DNA of 26,319 bases. Origin: a virus (lineage: Duplodnaviria > Caudoviricetes). The translations under genes were made by a program, and so were the position numbers. This document shows positions 16,077 to 25,475 of this stretch, in pieces (positions within the stretch are counted from its first letter, which is position 1; every line of letters begins with the position of its first letter). Where the stretch lies: the IMG/VR virus record IMGVR_UViG_3300016722_000155, positions 1-26,319 of that record. One strand, written 5' to 3'. The notes below the pieces were generated by a model. That model was not told the origin of the DNA. It did no database searches and saw nothing but the letters and a program-made list of their open reading frames with translations.

Positions 16077-16511
16077 ATGCACATAACTTGTAAAACAAAA
16101 GGCGTGAAGGAAGTTGTCGCTAAAATAGGCAGATATGATACCGAGACAACTAAAAAGGTCAGTGATGTTGTAAATGGTTCGCTAAAGAATATAGCTAAAG
16201 GTGCTAGGCAAAGACTACCAACGTCAAAGTCAGGAAACTTGCGCAAAGGATTGAAAAAGAGTTTTGCCAAGAAAAATATAACCGGTTATGTAAAAGAAAC
16301 TGCACCTCATGCTCACTTAATCGAATTTGGAACCAAGCCACATAGTTTGGACAAAGGAACTAAGAGAAAAGTAATGGTTATAAATGGCAACCCTATTAGC
16401 GGTAATGTAATGCATCCTGGATCTAAAGCGAAACCATTTATGCAGCCGGCATATTATGCTGAAAGGCGTAACTATGTAGCCAATATGATAAAGGCGGTGA
16501 CTAAAATTTGA
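16077..16511 (+). CDS. HK97 gp10-like tail completion protein
   Basis: P..SGNLRKGL, HAHLIEFGT, AKPFMQPA. Confidence 0.9.
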   Translation: MHITCKTKGVKEVVAKIGRYDTETTKKVSDVVNGSLKNIAKGARQRLPTSKSGNLRKGLKKSFAKKNITGYVKETAPHAHLIEFGTKPHSLDKGTKRKVMVINGNPISGNVMHPGSKAKPFMQPAYYAERRNYVANMIKAVTKI

Positions 16512-16903
16512 AACGAATACCACTTAATGCTTTTGCAAAAGCTATGTATGAGCTTCTATCAACCTATCAAACGACACCGGTGTATGACGACATTCCTGAA
16601 GGGGCAAAAGCTCCGTATATTTCATTTGGCCTTTTTACTTCCAAGGATGCAGGGACAAAGGTAAATGACATATCAGACTCAACTTTGAACATTGATATAT
16701 GGAGTGACTATTCGGGGAAAAAAGAAGTAAATTCAATTGCTAACGATGTAATTGCCGTAATTAACACAGGCGCTTTTAACATTGGTGATGATTTTAGGTT
16801 TGAAGGTGGTCAGGTAGATTTCTTTGAAAGTTTTCCTGAAGACGACGGAGGTTATCACGGAGTAATAACCTTCCTAGCAAAAATTAGAAATATGAAGGAG
16901 TGA
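16508..16903 (+). CDS. Tail terminator (DUF3168/gp17-like)
   Basis: PVYDDIPEGAKAPYISFG...IDIWSDYSGKKEV...YHGVITF. Confidence 0.88.
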   Translation: MKRIPLNAFAKAMYELLSTYQTTPVYDDIPEGAKAPYISFGLFTSKDAGTKVNDISDSTLNIDIWSDYSGKKEVNSIANDVIAVINTGAFNIGDDFRFEGGQVDFFESFPEDDGGYHGVITFLAKIRNMKE

Positions 16904-16908
16904 TTTTA

Positions 16909-17361
16909 ATGTCAGTATTAACATTACCAACTAATCCTAACTTATCGTCTGGGGAAGTCGGTAAAGATTTTATCTTGAAAATAAATACGGGAACAGCTGA
17001 AGTCCCTGTATGGACTACCATTGGAGGGCAACGGGGAGCATCGCTTTCTAGGTCTGCTGATGAAATTGATGTAAGTAGCAAGACAAGTGATGGCTGGAAA
17101 GCAACAAAGGCAGGATTGCGTTCGTGGTCTATTGACCTTGATGGTCTGGTTATTTTAAACGACACAGGTGCGCAAGCTCTTGAACAAGGTTTTAATGCTG
17201 GGAAAGAAGTTAATTTACAACTACTATACCCGGACGGAACGGCACAAACCGGTTGGGGTTCAATTACCGACCTTTCACTTGATGCGCCGCATGACGGAGA
17301 AGCTACTACAAAGGGCACGATTAGCGGAAATGGAGCATTATCTGAGCGGGTAGCTGCCTAG
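16909..17361 (+). CDS. Major tail tube protein (TP901-1-like)
   Basis: GKDFILKI, IGGQRGASLSRSADEIDVSSK, GLRSWSIDLDGL, GTISGNGAL; AAGGAG SD before ATG 16909. Confidence 0.93.
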   Translation: MSVLTLPTNPNLSSGEVGKDFILKINTGTAEVPVWTTIGGQRGASLSRSADEIDVSSKTSDGWKATKAGLRSWSIDLDGLVILNDTGAQALEQGFNAGKEVNLQLLYPDGTAQTGWGSITDLSLDAPHDGEATTKGTISGNGALSERVAA

Positions 17362-17377
17362 TCAAAAATAACATGTT

Positions 17378-17408
17378 AAAAGGGGTGGCTTAGTGCCACC
17401 CCTTTTTT
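17378..17408 (+). terminator. Intrinsic terminator after the tail tube gene
   Basis: AAAAGGGGTGGC-TTAGT-GCCACCCCTTTTTT perfect stem plus T-run. Confidence 0.9.
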
Positions 17409-17428
17409 GAAAATGAGGAGAGATTAAA

Positions 17429-17815
17429 GTGAAAAAAACAATACCTTTTGACCTATTTAGGCAGGGAGATACATTATATTTTAATATTTTAAGATTGCAA
17501 GAACTGGAAAGATTGTTGAACAAGCCCATAATGGAGATTATAGAAAAACAGTACATGGGTATTGATTTTTGCCTAGCAGGGTTGCAAGTCGGATTAAAAC
17601 ATAACTATCCACGTGCCAACGCTCAATTCTTTGCGGCAAAAATTGAAGAATACATGGATGATGGAAAAGGTTCAATTGATCCATTTATCGTTGCTATCAT
17701 AAGCGCAATTATGGCCAGCGGAATTTTGCGTAAAGCCACGGCGAAAAAAACAGAAGAAAATGAGGAACAAGAAAAAAACGTGCAGAGGACGGAAGCAACC
17801 CCGTCCGAAGCATAA
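17429..17815 (+). CDS. Tail assembly chaperone (gpG analogue)
   Basis: Between tail tube and tape measure genes; ends ...EKN at a slippery site; GAGGAG SD. Confidence 0.88.
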   Translation: MKKTIPFDLFRQGDTLYFNILRLQELERLLNKPIMEIIEKQYMGIDFCLAGLQVGLKHNYPRANAQFFAAKIEEYMDDGKGSIDPFIVAIISAIMASGILRKATAKKTEENEEQEKNVQRTEATPSEA

Positions 17816-18123
17816 CTGAGTGGCTGAAATGGGCTGAACCTCTAGCATATGGACCTTTAGCACTACTGCCGAGGGAGTTTGAAGAATTGCAACCGCAAGA
17901 ATTTATAATGCTGTTAGATGGATATAAATGGCGACAGGAGAACGCAGAAAACTTGGCGGCATACTTTACGGCTTGCCAAATGTCCGTTCATACCAAAAGA
18001 CCCGTATCTCCTGTAGCACTATTAAAACCTCTAAGACCAAAACAGGTCAAGGCAGTGCGAAAATCTGATGTGGAATATTTTAAAGCAATGGAAAAAAAGC
18101 TGAGTAATAAGGGTGGTGAGTAA
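17773..18123 (+). CDS. Tail chaperone -1 frameshift extension (gpGT analogue)
   Basis: A-AAA-AAC at 17773-17779, hairpin GGACGG/CCGTCC 7 nt downstream; -1 frame open (RAEDGSNPVRSITEWLKWAEPLAYGPLALLPREFEELQPQEF...) to 18123. Confidence 0.88.
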   Translation, partial: KKRAEDGSNPVRSITEWLKWAEPLAYGPLALLPREFEELQPQEFIMLLDGYKWRQENAENLAAYFTACQMSVHTKRPVSPVALLKPLRPKQVKAVRKSDVEYFKAMEKKLSNKGGE

Positions 18124-20559
18124 ATGGGTAAAATAGGCGAAATGATAGTAGCGCTTGGAGCAGATAATGCCAATTTAAAGAAAGGTATGAAAGAATCAGA
18201 AAATATAATAAGCAACACCATGAACGTTATTTCAAGTATGAAAGCCGAACTTGCCACCTTTGGCTCTTTGGCAACTCCATTGGTAGCAATAAAGTCATGG
18301 GCTGCAGCCGTAAACGATTTAGAAGATAAAACAAATTTAGCAGCAGAGTCTGCTTCTGAGCTTCTAGCAATTGGCCAATATGTCGGCCTTTCCACTGAAG
18401 ACATGGCTATGTCGCTTTCAAAAATGAGTAAAACAGCTATGACAGCGGCGCAATCAATACAAACTGCTTCTCAAAGCGGAACGGAAAGCACAGACGTTTT
18501 TACTAAGTTTGGCATACAGATTTTAGACACCAATGGGAAATTATTATCTGCTGAACAGATTTTTGACAACGTGACCACTAAGCATAGAGAAATGGCAAAC
18601 GGGCTTGAAAAAACAGCTATGGAGATGGAAATATTTGGCCGTAGCGGTGCCAAGCTAAACGATATGCTGAACCTATCTAAAACCGAAATGGATAATGTTA
18701 GAAATGTTGCTCAAAAGGCTGGGTTAGTTTTATCACATGACGTTACTCAAGCTTTTGAAGATGCTGAATTTAGGGGTAATCTTGCCGCACTATCTATTAA
18801 AGGCATAGCGACTAGCATAGGAGCGCAGATGCTCCCTGAATTCAAGGAATTGACGGGTAAGATGCAAGAAATGTCCGAAGAGTTCGCGCAGCTAGATGAT
18901 GATACCAAGAGAAATATTGCTGTATTGTTAGAGGCGGCAGGAGGAGTTGCTCTGCTTTCAGTGGGCTGGCGTGGACTTGTTTACTTATCAGCACCTGTTA
19001 TAAGTGCTATTAATGGAATATCGGCGGCATATGATGTTCTGACGGCATCAGCAGTGGCGGCAGAAATAGCTGTGGGTGGACTTGTATTAGCCCTTGCAGC
19101 TGTTGTAGCAACAAAGGCTTATAACGACTTCCAACATTATAAAAATGGTGGGAAATTTGAATATGATGATTTGGGAAATGTAACACAGGTAGAAGGCAGT
19201 GCAGACCCTATGCCCAATGGCTCAAGTGGTTCATCTGATGATTGGGACTTACACAAAGAGGGTTTTGATATGTATGACGATGACCTGGGGAGAAAAGATA
19301 CAACGCCAGGTGGCTTGTCATTTAGCCCTAGCGAATCCGGTAGTACAAAAACTCCTAAGGCACCTAAAGCAACAAAAAACATACAAGATTCCATTGACGA
19401 TATTACAGATGCCTGGAACAAAATGAACAAAACCATTAGCGACTCAACGCTTAGCGGTAATGCGGCAGAAATAGCGAACTTGTCGCAAACGGCTATAAAC
19501 TCCATTGAAGGTGTAGGGGATAAATGGAAAAAGCTATCCCTTGATTATTCAAAATTAAGCGAAGATGACAAGGCAACGTTTCTTAAAAATTTAGATGATA
19601 AAAAAATCGCCTATGAAATTGACGGAGACGATCAACTTACTTTTACAGCCAATACTTTAACCGAGCAGCAAGCCATATATAAAAAATATTATCAAGACTT
19701 AGAAAACAGGCATAAGTCCTGCAAAGATATCATGGCTGATATTGATGCTGCCTATCAGGAAAACAGCATGGCCAAGTTGCAAGAAGCATTAACTGCTGAG
19801 AATGCTATACGCCTTAATGACTACGCGGCGCAACAAAGCATGATGGATACATGGAAAGAGGCTTTCTTGGCTGCGCATCAAACTACCGCAGATTTAGTAT
19901 CAGGGCTTTATTCCACGTTATTTAACGGATTAAGTACCGCCCTATCAGATATTCTAACGCAAACGCAAACTATTGGGGATGCCATCAAAACGCTTGGGAC
20001 ATCACTGATTAAAGTTATAGCAGACTTTTATGCTAAACAGCTTGCTGGTATTATAGTAACTCAGTTAATGGGAAAGAAAACGGCGGATAAGCAATTGGAT
20101 TCAGATGTTGCAAATGGGGCCGCTACGGCGGCAGCATGGTGGCCGGCAGCTGTAGCAAGGTCATTGGCTACGGCTGGTGGAAATGCGGCACCTGCAATTT
20201 TGGGTATGACGGCTACATCAGCAGCAGCGGCTGCGCTGAATGCGACTTTAAGCGGTATAACAGGTAATAAAGATGGTGGTTTTATAAACGGGAGCGGAAC
20301 AGCGACATCGGACAGTAATTTAAGATGGCTTTCCAATGGAGAATATGTGATGAGGGCTTCCGCAGTTAGAAATATCGGAGTATCTAACTTAGAGAACCTT
20401 AATAACGGGGGAGCATTACCAACTGCTATTGTAAGTGGCGGCGGTATTAGTGCGGTGGCAACTCTAAATAATTATGGTGATATAAATAACGGTTCAGATT
20501 TAGAAGACTTGTATGACGAATTCAATTCGTTAATTGGCGCAGCAATAAGGGGGGCATAG
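18124..20559 (+). CDS. Tape measure protein
   Basis: 811-aa Ala-rich helical protein, EIFGRSG motif, hydrophobic segments, C-terminal GGFINGSGTATSDS...LSNGEYV. Confidence 0.93.
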   Translation: MGKIGEMIVALGADNANLKKGMKESENIISNTMNVISSMKAELATFGSLATPLVAIKSWAAAVNDLEDKTNLAAESASELLAIGQYVGLSTEDMAMSLSKMSKTAMTAAQSIQTASQSGTESTDVFTKFGIQILDTNGKLLSAEQIFDNVTTKHREMANGLEKTAMEMEIFGRSGAKLNDMLNLSKTEMDNVRNVAQKAGLVLSHDVTQAFEDAEFRGNLAALSIKGIATSIGAQMLPEFKELTGKMQEMSEEFAQLDDDTKRNIAVLLEAAGGVALLSVGWRGLVYLSAPVISAINGISAAYDVLTASAVAAEIAVGGLVLALAAVVATKAYNDFQHYKNGGKFEYDDLGNVTQVEGSADPMPNGSSGSSDDWDLHKEGFDMYDDDLGRKDTTPGGLSFSPSESGSTKTPKAPKATKNIQDSIDDITDAWNKMNKTISDSTLSGNAAEIANLSQTAINSIEGVGDKWKKLSLDYSKLSEDDKATFLKNLDDKKIAYEIDGDDQLTFTANTLTEQQAIYKKYYQDLENRHKSCKDIMADIDAAYQENSMAKLQEALTAENAIRLNDYAAQQSMMDTWKEAFLAAHQTTADLVSGLYSTLFNGLSTALSDILTQTQTIGDAIKTLGTSLIKVIADFYAKQLAGIIVTQLMGKKTADKQLDSDVANGAATAAAWWPAAVARSLATAGGNAAPAILGMTATSAAAAALNATLSGITGNKDGGFINGSGTATSDSNLRWLSNGEYVMRASAVRNIGVSNLENLNNGGALPTAIVSGGGISAVATLNNYGDINNGSDLEDLYDEFNSLIGAAIRGA

Positions 20560-20561
20560 AA

Positions 20562-21317
20562 GTGGGCCTCAAAACAATTAAGAACGGTGTTGTATGGGAA
20601 CTTCCGGTTGGTTGGTCAATTGAAAATCATGGTACTTATGAATTTAATGGCAAACTGGAAGATAAAGCTTTCGCTCATGGTTCTAACCTAGTAGGTGATA
20701 TGAAAGTTTCAGGACGTACTCTTGCTTTAACTTTTGATATGAAAGAAGGAACGGAAGAAGATTACAATAAGGCAATGAATGACGCATATTTGCACCTTAC
20801 AGGAGCCTTCGATTTGGTTACGGGTAGAGAAGACCGGGTTTATCGTGTAGCAGGGTGCAAGGCACTTAAAATAAGTGAAAAACCTGGGTTTAAACAACGC
20901 TGGGGCGAAGTAGAAGTAACATTATTTCTCGCAGATCCATTTCGCTATGCTACCGATGAAACTGTTATAAATACCACTTTTACGGCAGCACAAACTCAAG
21001 GCGTAATAACATTTGAAAATCCATCAAGTGTAGACGTTCCCATAATAGTAACCTTCACGCCAGCAGCAGACTTGCCGGAAATTAAAATTGAACACGTTGA
21101 AAGCGGACAATATTTCGAGGTTAAAGATTCACTGTTAACAGCACCGGCAACGCTAAAGGTAAATTGCGAAGATGGAACTGTTTGGCGCGATAGCAATAAT
21201 GCGATTAATGCTTTTACTGGGTTATTTTTGCATGTGCTTCCTGGCACCAATACTTTTAAATACACAGGCAAAGCCGGTACTGTTAAAATTGCTTACACTG
21301 CGGGGTGGTTTATTTGA
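20562..21317 (+). CDS. Distal tail protein (Dit-like)
   Basis: Follows the tape measure gene; FLADPFRY, FENPSSVDVP, FLHVLPGTNTF motifs. Confidence 0.85.
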   Translation: MGLKTIKNGVVWELPVGWSIENHGTYEFNGKLEDKAFAHGSNLVGDMKVSGRTLALTFDMKEGTEEDYNKAMNDAYLHLTGAFDLVTGREDRVYRVAGCKALKISEKPGFKQRWGEVEVTLFLADPFRYATDETVINTTFTAAQTQGVITFENPSSVDVPIIVTFTPAADLPEIKIEHVESGQYFEVKDSLLTAPATLKVNCEDGTVWRDSNNAINAFTGLFLHVLPGTNTFKYTGKAGTVKIAYTAGWFI

Positions 21318-22540
21318 ACTTACTATATGGCAGACGACTCCGTGGTCGCTACATCTATATTGGTAAAACTACGTCCTCTGGTTCTCAGGATGATACACCG
21401 GCAACTTATTTGCCAGGAGTCTTTAAGATAATTTGTTATAAAGATGACGGCACTATATCTGCTGAATTTGGTGCCGGAGCGAAGAAAAACGCCGTTTCAA
21501 GTTTTAACTTTAAAAACGGCGAAACAGGTTGTGGTCAATGCACTATTACATTTAAAGAACTTCCTAGCAACACTGAATTAAATTATAAGCAGCGGGTTGA
21601 TATCTTTTTGTTTAATGATAATAAACCGTGGTGGAGTGGTTACGTTTTAACGAGACCGGTAAAGGGGACCACAGAAACGGAATTTAACTTTACCCTGTAT
21701 GGTTATTATAACTTGCTGGAAAAAGTCCAGTTATTTAAAACCTACGAAAACAAAGATGCAGGAGAAATCGTACGTGATATTGCAAAGACTGCTGAAAAGA
21801 AAATAGGTCTTGTGTACAATGCTGAAAAACTCATTAACACAGGGTATTTAATTACTAAGATAGTATTCGACGGGGTTACTGTTAAAGATGCTTTAGATCA
21901 ATTATGTGACTTTGGGTTAGATTATGTGTACGGTGTGGACGAAAGACGCTCAATTTATTTTAAACCTAGGGTAACGGACATTAACGAACAAGCTCGGTTT
22001 TGGGTTGGCAAAAATTTAGATTCTTACATACCAACATGGAATATTGAGAAAATAGTTAATTGGGCACGGATAAAAGGGGCTAATGTTGACGATTCAGGCG
22101 AAAGCTGGCTTGCTACTGTAGAAGATAAAGAAAGTCAGGTAAATTATGGATTGCAAGAAGATATTTGGACATTGCCAAGTGCCTATGAAGCAACAGATGC
22201 AGAACGTTGGGGACAAAATCAAATTGAGAAATATAAAAATCCTGTTAAATCAGCAAAAATTAAAGGAATCACGCTGGAATACAACAAAAAAGATGGGACA
22301 TTTAATGTGCGCAAACTCTCTACTGACGGTGAGTGTGTAATTACTGATACTGATGGGAACTCTGCGCAATACCCAATATCTACTATAAAGTATACCGTAA
22401 GCTCTGATAAGGGTATTTATTGCGAAATGGAACTCGGTGAACAACCATTTTCAATTGAGCAATATCTTGCCAAATTGGAAAGAGAATATAAAAACACGGA
22501 GTTGTTACAGCAGGCCTCTAACCAGCAGTTAACAACTTAA
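21314..22540 (+). CDS. Baseplate hub / Tal-like tail protein
   Basis: Follows Dit; WWSGYV, YGVDERRSIYF, ESQVNYGL motifs; TTGA overlap start preferred (GTG 21305 alternative). Confidence 0.75.
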   Translation: MNLLYGRRLRGRYIYIGKTTSSGSQDDTPATYLPGVFKIICYKDDGTISAEFGAGAKKNAVSSFNFKNGETGCGQCTITFKELPSNTELNYKQRVDIFLFNDNKPWWSGYVLTRPVKGTTETEFNFTLYGYYNLLEKVQLFKTYENKDAGEIVRDIAKTAEKKIGLVYNAEKLINTGYLITKIVFDGVTVKDALDQLCDFGLDYVYGVDERRSIYFKPRVTDINEQARFWVGKNLDSYIPTWNIEKIVNWARIKGANVDDSGESWLATVEDKESQVNYGLQEDIWTLPSAYEATDAERWGQNQIEKYKNPVKSAKIKGITLEYNKKDGTFNVRKLSTDGECVITDTDGNSAQYPISTIKYTVSSDKGIYCEMELGEQPFSIEQYLAKLEREYKNTELLQQASNQQLTT

Positions 22541-22556
22541 AAGGAGTTGATTTTTA

Positions 22557-23705
22557 GTGCCAAAAGATTATAGATATAACCCATTTGACGACGTGGCAGA
22601 ACCGGTGCAATGCGTGGAGACACACATAATTCCCATGAATTCGCCATATGTGGTTAGGCTAAATGAAGTGCCTGTTAAGGTTTCGCCTTCTACTATAACT
22701 ATGACTATTGCAGGAGTAACGGCTACCGAAGTTGCGGCGGCACCGGCAAGCGGTGAATTTCGTCCGGATTATTCTACTGGAGCCAATGATGACTCGGAGT
22801 GGAATACAGGGTTAATTCAATTTAATGCAGCTGATGCTGGGAAAATAATAGTAGCAACTTACAACGGACTAGGAACTCTGGCCAGCGTAAAAGCACCAAG
22901 TTATCCTGCGTGGTTTACGGACCGTGGAGATGGTAGCGACGGTGACTATGCACCTATCGCAAGCACGACACTTGCTGGTGGAACATACAATTTTAAAAGC
23001 GTAAATATTCCCAGTGGAGTGACTATTACACTAACTGGATGCGTCATCCTTAAATGCTTGGGTGCATTTGTTTGCGCTGGTATTATTACTGCTAACGGTG
23101 GTGATGGTGCTGCAAACAATGCAGGGAGAACTGGTGGAACGTCTGGTGGTAATATTGGGGGAATAGGAGGAACTGGTGGATTATCTGATATCAGTCCTGA
23201 AAATGGAGGTATTGGGTTCTGTGGCGGCATCGGTGGTTCCGGCGGAAGATATTATAACGGTGGTACTGTTGCCACAGGCGGTGGAATCAGTTATTTAGAC
23301 AATGGAAAAGCACCAGCTGGAAATATTAATTTTGTTTTAAATCGTGGTCCTCTTGCTATTTGCGGTGGTGGAGGAGGCGGAGGTTTGGCTGGCAGTTATG
23401 GTGGAGGCGGAGGAGGAGGTGGTGGTGGAGGTATGCATATTATTGCTCATTCTGCAACCATTTCAGGTTCTTTAACTGCAAATGGTGGAAACGGTGGAGA
23501 CATTTTAAGTTGGAGTGGGTCTGCTTACTCTGGTAGTGGTGGTGGAGGCGGTGGTGGTGCCGTTATAGTGGTTGCGAATACTATTTCGAACACAGGTACT
23601 ATTACAGCAAAAGCTGGTGCTGCCGGAGTTGGCAAGACTACTTATACGACTGGTGTTGCTGGTTCTAATGGTATTGTTTACTTAAAAGAATTGGGGGCGG
23701 CATAA
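22557..23705 (+). CDS. Glycine-rich tail fibre / receptor-binding protein
   Basis: Position; GDGSDG motif, YNFKSVNIPSGVTIT, repeated poly-Gly tracts alternating with ITANGG strands; AGGAG SD. Confidence 0.75.
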   Translation: MPKDYRYNPFDDVAEPVQCVETHIIPMNSPYVVRLNEVPVKVSPSTITMTIAGVTATEVAAAPASGEFRPDYSTGANDDSEWNTGLIQFNAADAGKIIVATYNGLGTLASVKAPSYPAWFTDRGDGSDGDYAPIASTTLAGGTYNFKSVNIPSGVTITLTGCVILKCLGAFVCAGIITANGGDGAANNAGRTGGTSGGNIGGIGGTGGLSDISPENGGIGFCGGIGGSGGRYYNGGTVATGGGISYLDNGKAPAGNINFVLNRGPLAICGGGGGGGLAGSYGGGGGGGGGGGMHIIAHSATISGSLTANGGNGGDILSWSGSAYSGSGGGGGGGAVIVVANTISNTGTITAKAGAAGVGKTTYTTGVAGSNGIVYLKELGAA

Positions 23706-24188
23706 ATGCGAATTGCAATAGTTAATGATGAGGGAATAGTAACCAATATTATAGAAGCAAATATGATTTATGCGGACAATCAAAAACCTTGTTATGACTG
23801 GACTGAGCTTCGCGAACCATATACAGATGTTGAGCCACTAGAACATGCTAGAGCACGTTATATTGCGGCCGCTAAAGTTTATAGGGATGGGCAGGAAGTT
23901 GCGGTTATACCTTATAACGGCAACAATTATGATTACGATGATAAAGCTCGTGAACGACTAAGAGTCGCTAGACAAATGTTGACTGATAATATTGGAGCCA
24001 CTCCAATAAATTGGACTACGGCAGATAATACAGATGTTACGTTGACTATTGATGACTTTGCGGCTATTAATATTTTAGCGGCTACTAGGTCTAACACATT
24101 ACACATTGCTTATAGGACCACAAAAGAAAAATTAGAAGCGGCAACAAGTATTGAGGAATTAGAACAAATTTATCCCCTAGAGGATTAA
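23706..24188 (+). CDS. DUF4376-like tail fibre-associated protein
   Basis: YDYDDKARERL...INWTTADNTDVTLT...KEKLEAATSIEELEQI. Confidence 0.8.
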   Translation: MRIAIVNDEGIVTNIIEANMIYADNQKPCYDWTELREPYTDVEPLEHARARYIAAAKVYRDGQEVAVIPYNGNNYDYDDKARERLRVARQMLTDNIGATPINWTTADNTDVTLTIDDFAAINILAATRSNTLHIAYRTTKEKLEAATSIEELEQIYPLED

Positions 24189-24190
24189 AA

Positions 24191-24223
24191 AAAGTATCGC
24201 TGGTTATTGCTCAGCGATACTTT
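24191..24223. terminator. Bidirectional terminator between tail genes and the moron
   Basis: AAAGTATCGCTG-GTTATTGCT-CAGCGATACTTT, A-run on the left and T-rich on the right. Confidence 0.8.
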
Positions 24224-24257
24224 GGTATTTTATGCGGAGTTGTGTGTTAGGTAGATG

Positions 24258-24629
24258 CTAATGGGTAATCAAGCCAGAAATATTAGCGGCAATAACCCCA
24301 TCGGCAATCATTTTAATTACGGACAATGATGCAGAACCACCAATACTAACTAAACGTTCTTTAACTTTATCCCAAACAGAATCGTTCCTAACACTGTCAA
24401 GATAATCACACCCTGCGGAGGTTAAGCGGTTTATAATACAGTCACCGTTGTTATTTACAACATTTAACATACGGCAATCAATAAACTTGGCATCATTAAG
24501 TAGTTGTACATGAAAAAGTATAGTAGGACGATCGGCACGATTATCTGTTAAGTCAGTTAAATGTACAGCCTTATTAGAGGTTTCGATTTTCAGCATAATT
24601 GTTCTGAGCATATCTAAATCTCTTTTCAT
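24258..24629 (-). CDS. DUF2513-like moron protein
   Basis: MKRDLDMLRTIMLKIE...FHVQLLNDAKFI...RLTSAGCDYLDSVRNDSVWDKVK; GAGGAG SD. Confidence 0.85.
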   Translation of the reverse strand: MKRDLDMLRTIMLKIETSNKAVHLTDLTDNRADRPTILFHVQLLNDAKFIDCRMLNVVNNNGDCIINRLTSAGCDYLDSVRNDSVWDKVKERLVSIGGSASLSVIKMIADGVIAANISGLITH

Positions 24630-24653
24630 TTATACATCATCTCCTCGGCTGTT

Positions 24654-24664
24654 ATTATAGCATA
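24654..24664 (-). promoter_or_regulatory. Extended -10 promoter of the moron
   Basis: TATG-C-TATAAT on the minus strand just upstream of the SD. Confidence 0.65.
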
Positions 24665-24748
24665 AATCAAAGTATATGGTGTATAGAAAATAAGTATATA
24701 GGGGTGAGAGCATGTTAATAAAAGCAAGTATAAAAAAATATCAAATAA

Positions 24749-25195
24749 ATGGTTAAGGAGGTGATCCAAATATCTGAGGTATGTAATTTTTTAAGCAATC
24801 TTTATACAAAAGCGGAAATTAAAATAATTGCAGTTTCCGGAATTATTGGCGGCATAATAGCTTCTGCTGTTGGTGGGTTTGATAAACAGTTAACAGCGTT
24901 GTTTGTATTAATGATTTTGGATTATGCAACAGGCATGTATGCAGCATGGCATGAACATACCATTTTTTCAAAACGTGGGTACCAGGGAGTTATGAAGAAG
25001 CTGTCTATCTTGGTTGCTGTTTCCTTTGGTGTTTTGGTGGATATGGTCTTAAAGACAGATTTTTGCCGTTATACCGTTATAGCAGGGTTTGGTGTCATGG
25101 AAGCTATATCTATTATAGAAAATGCTGACCGTGGTGGTTATGGCCACGTTATACCACCTGTAATCAGGAAGCATCTAAAAGAATTGAAGGGATAG
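24749..25195 (+). CDS. Holin (phage holin 4-1 / toxin-secretion family)
   Basis: GGFD...LFVLMILDYATG...SKRGYQGVMKK...EAISIIENA...IPPVI; start ambiguous (see findings). Confidence 0.9.
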   Translation: MVKEVIQISEVCNFLSNLYTKAEIKIIAVSGIIGGIIASAVGGFDKQLTALFVLMILDYATGMYAAWHEHTIFSKRGYQGVMKKLSILVAVSFGVLVDMVLKTDFCRYTVIAGFGVMEAISIIENADRGGYGHVIPPVIRKHLKELKG

Positions 25196-25196
25196 C

Positions 25197-25475
25197 ATGA
25201 ACGAAAAGTTGTTAGAGATGTTAAAAGAAAATGGTGAATGGTCATTTACACGCTGGATAGCCTTTATTGGCTATTCGGCGTTTTTGCTAGGCTCGTTTTA
25301 TCTGCTTTATAAAGGTCAGAAATGGGATAACTATGACACGTTTGCTAATTTGACTGGTGGCGGTGGAGCTATTACTCAGTTGGTAAACAAGTTTATAAAT
25401 GGAAAATATAACACCAATTTAGGAGAACCGGGAAAACCGGTACAAAAAGATGAAGAAAAAGGAGCTGACAATTAA
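25197..25475 (+). CDS. Small membrane protein in the lysis module (second holin / antiholin candidate)
   Basis: WSFTRWIAFIGYSAFLLGSFYLLY TM helix plus a Gly-rich second segment; position. Confidence 0.6.
   Translation: MNEKLLEMLKENGEWSFTRWIAFIGYSAFLLGSFYLLYKGQKWDNYDTFANLTGGGGAITQLVNKFINGKYNTNLGEPGKPVQKDEEKGADN

Noticed and set aside
17887-18123. Independent 78-aa gene
   Set aside because: The frame is open back to the slippery site at 17773-17779 and fits the G/GT chaperone pattern
23360-23560. GGT/GGA/GGC runs as a DNA-level microsatellite or collagen repeat
   Set aside because: Mixed synonymous Gly codons indicate protein-level poly-Gly selection, and there is no Gly-X-Y periodicity
22557-24188. 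Diversity-generating retroelement or invertible tail-fibre cassette
   Set aside because: No reverse transcriptase, invertase or duplicated template/variable repeat seen in the window
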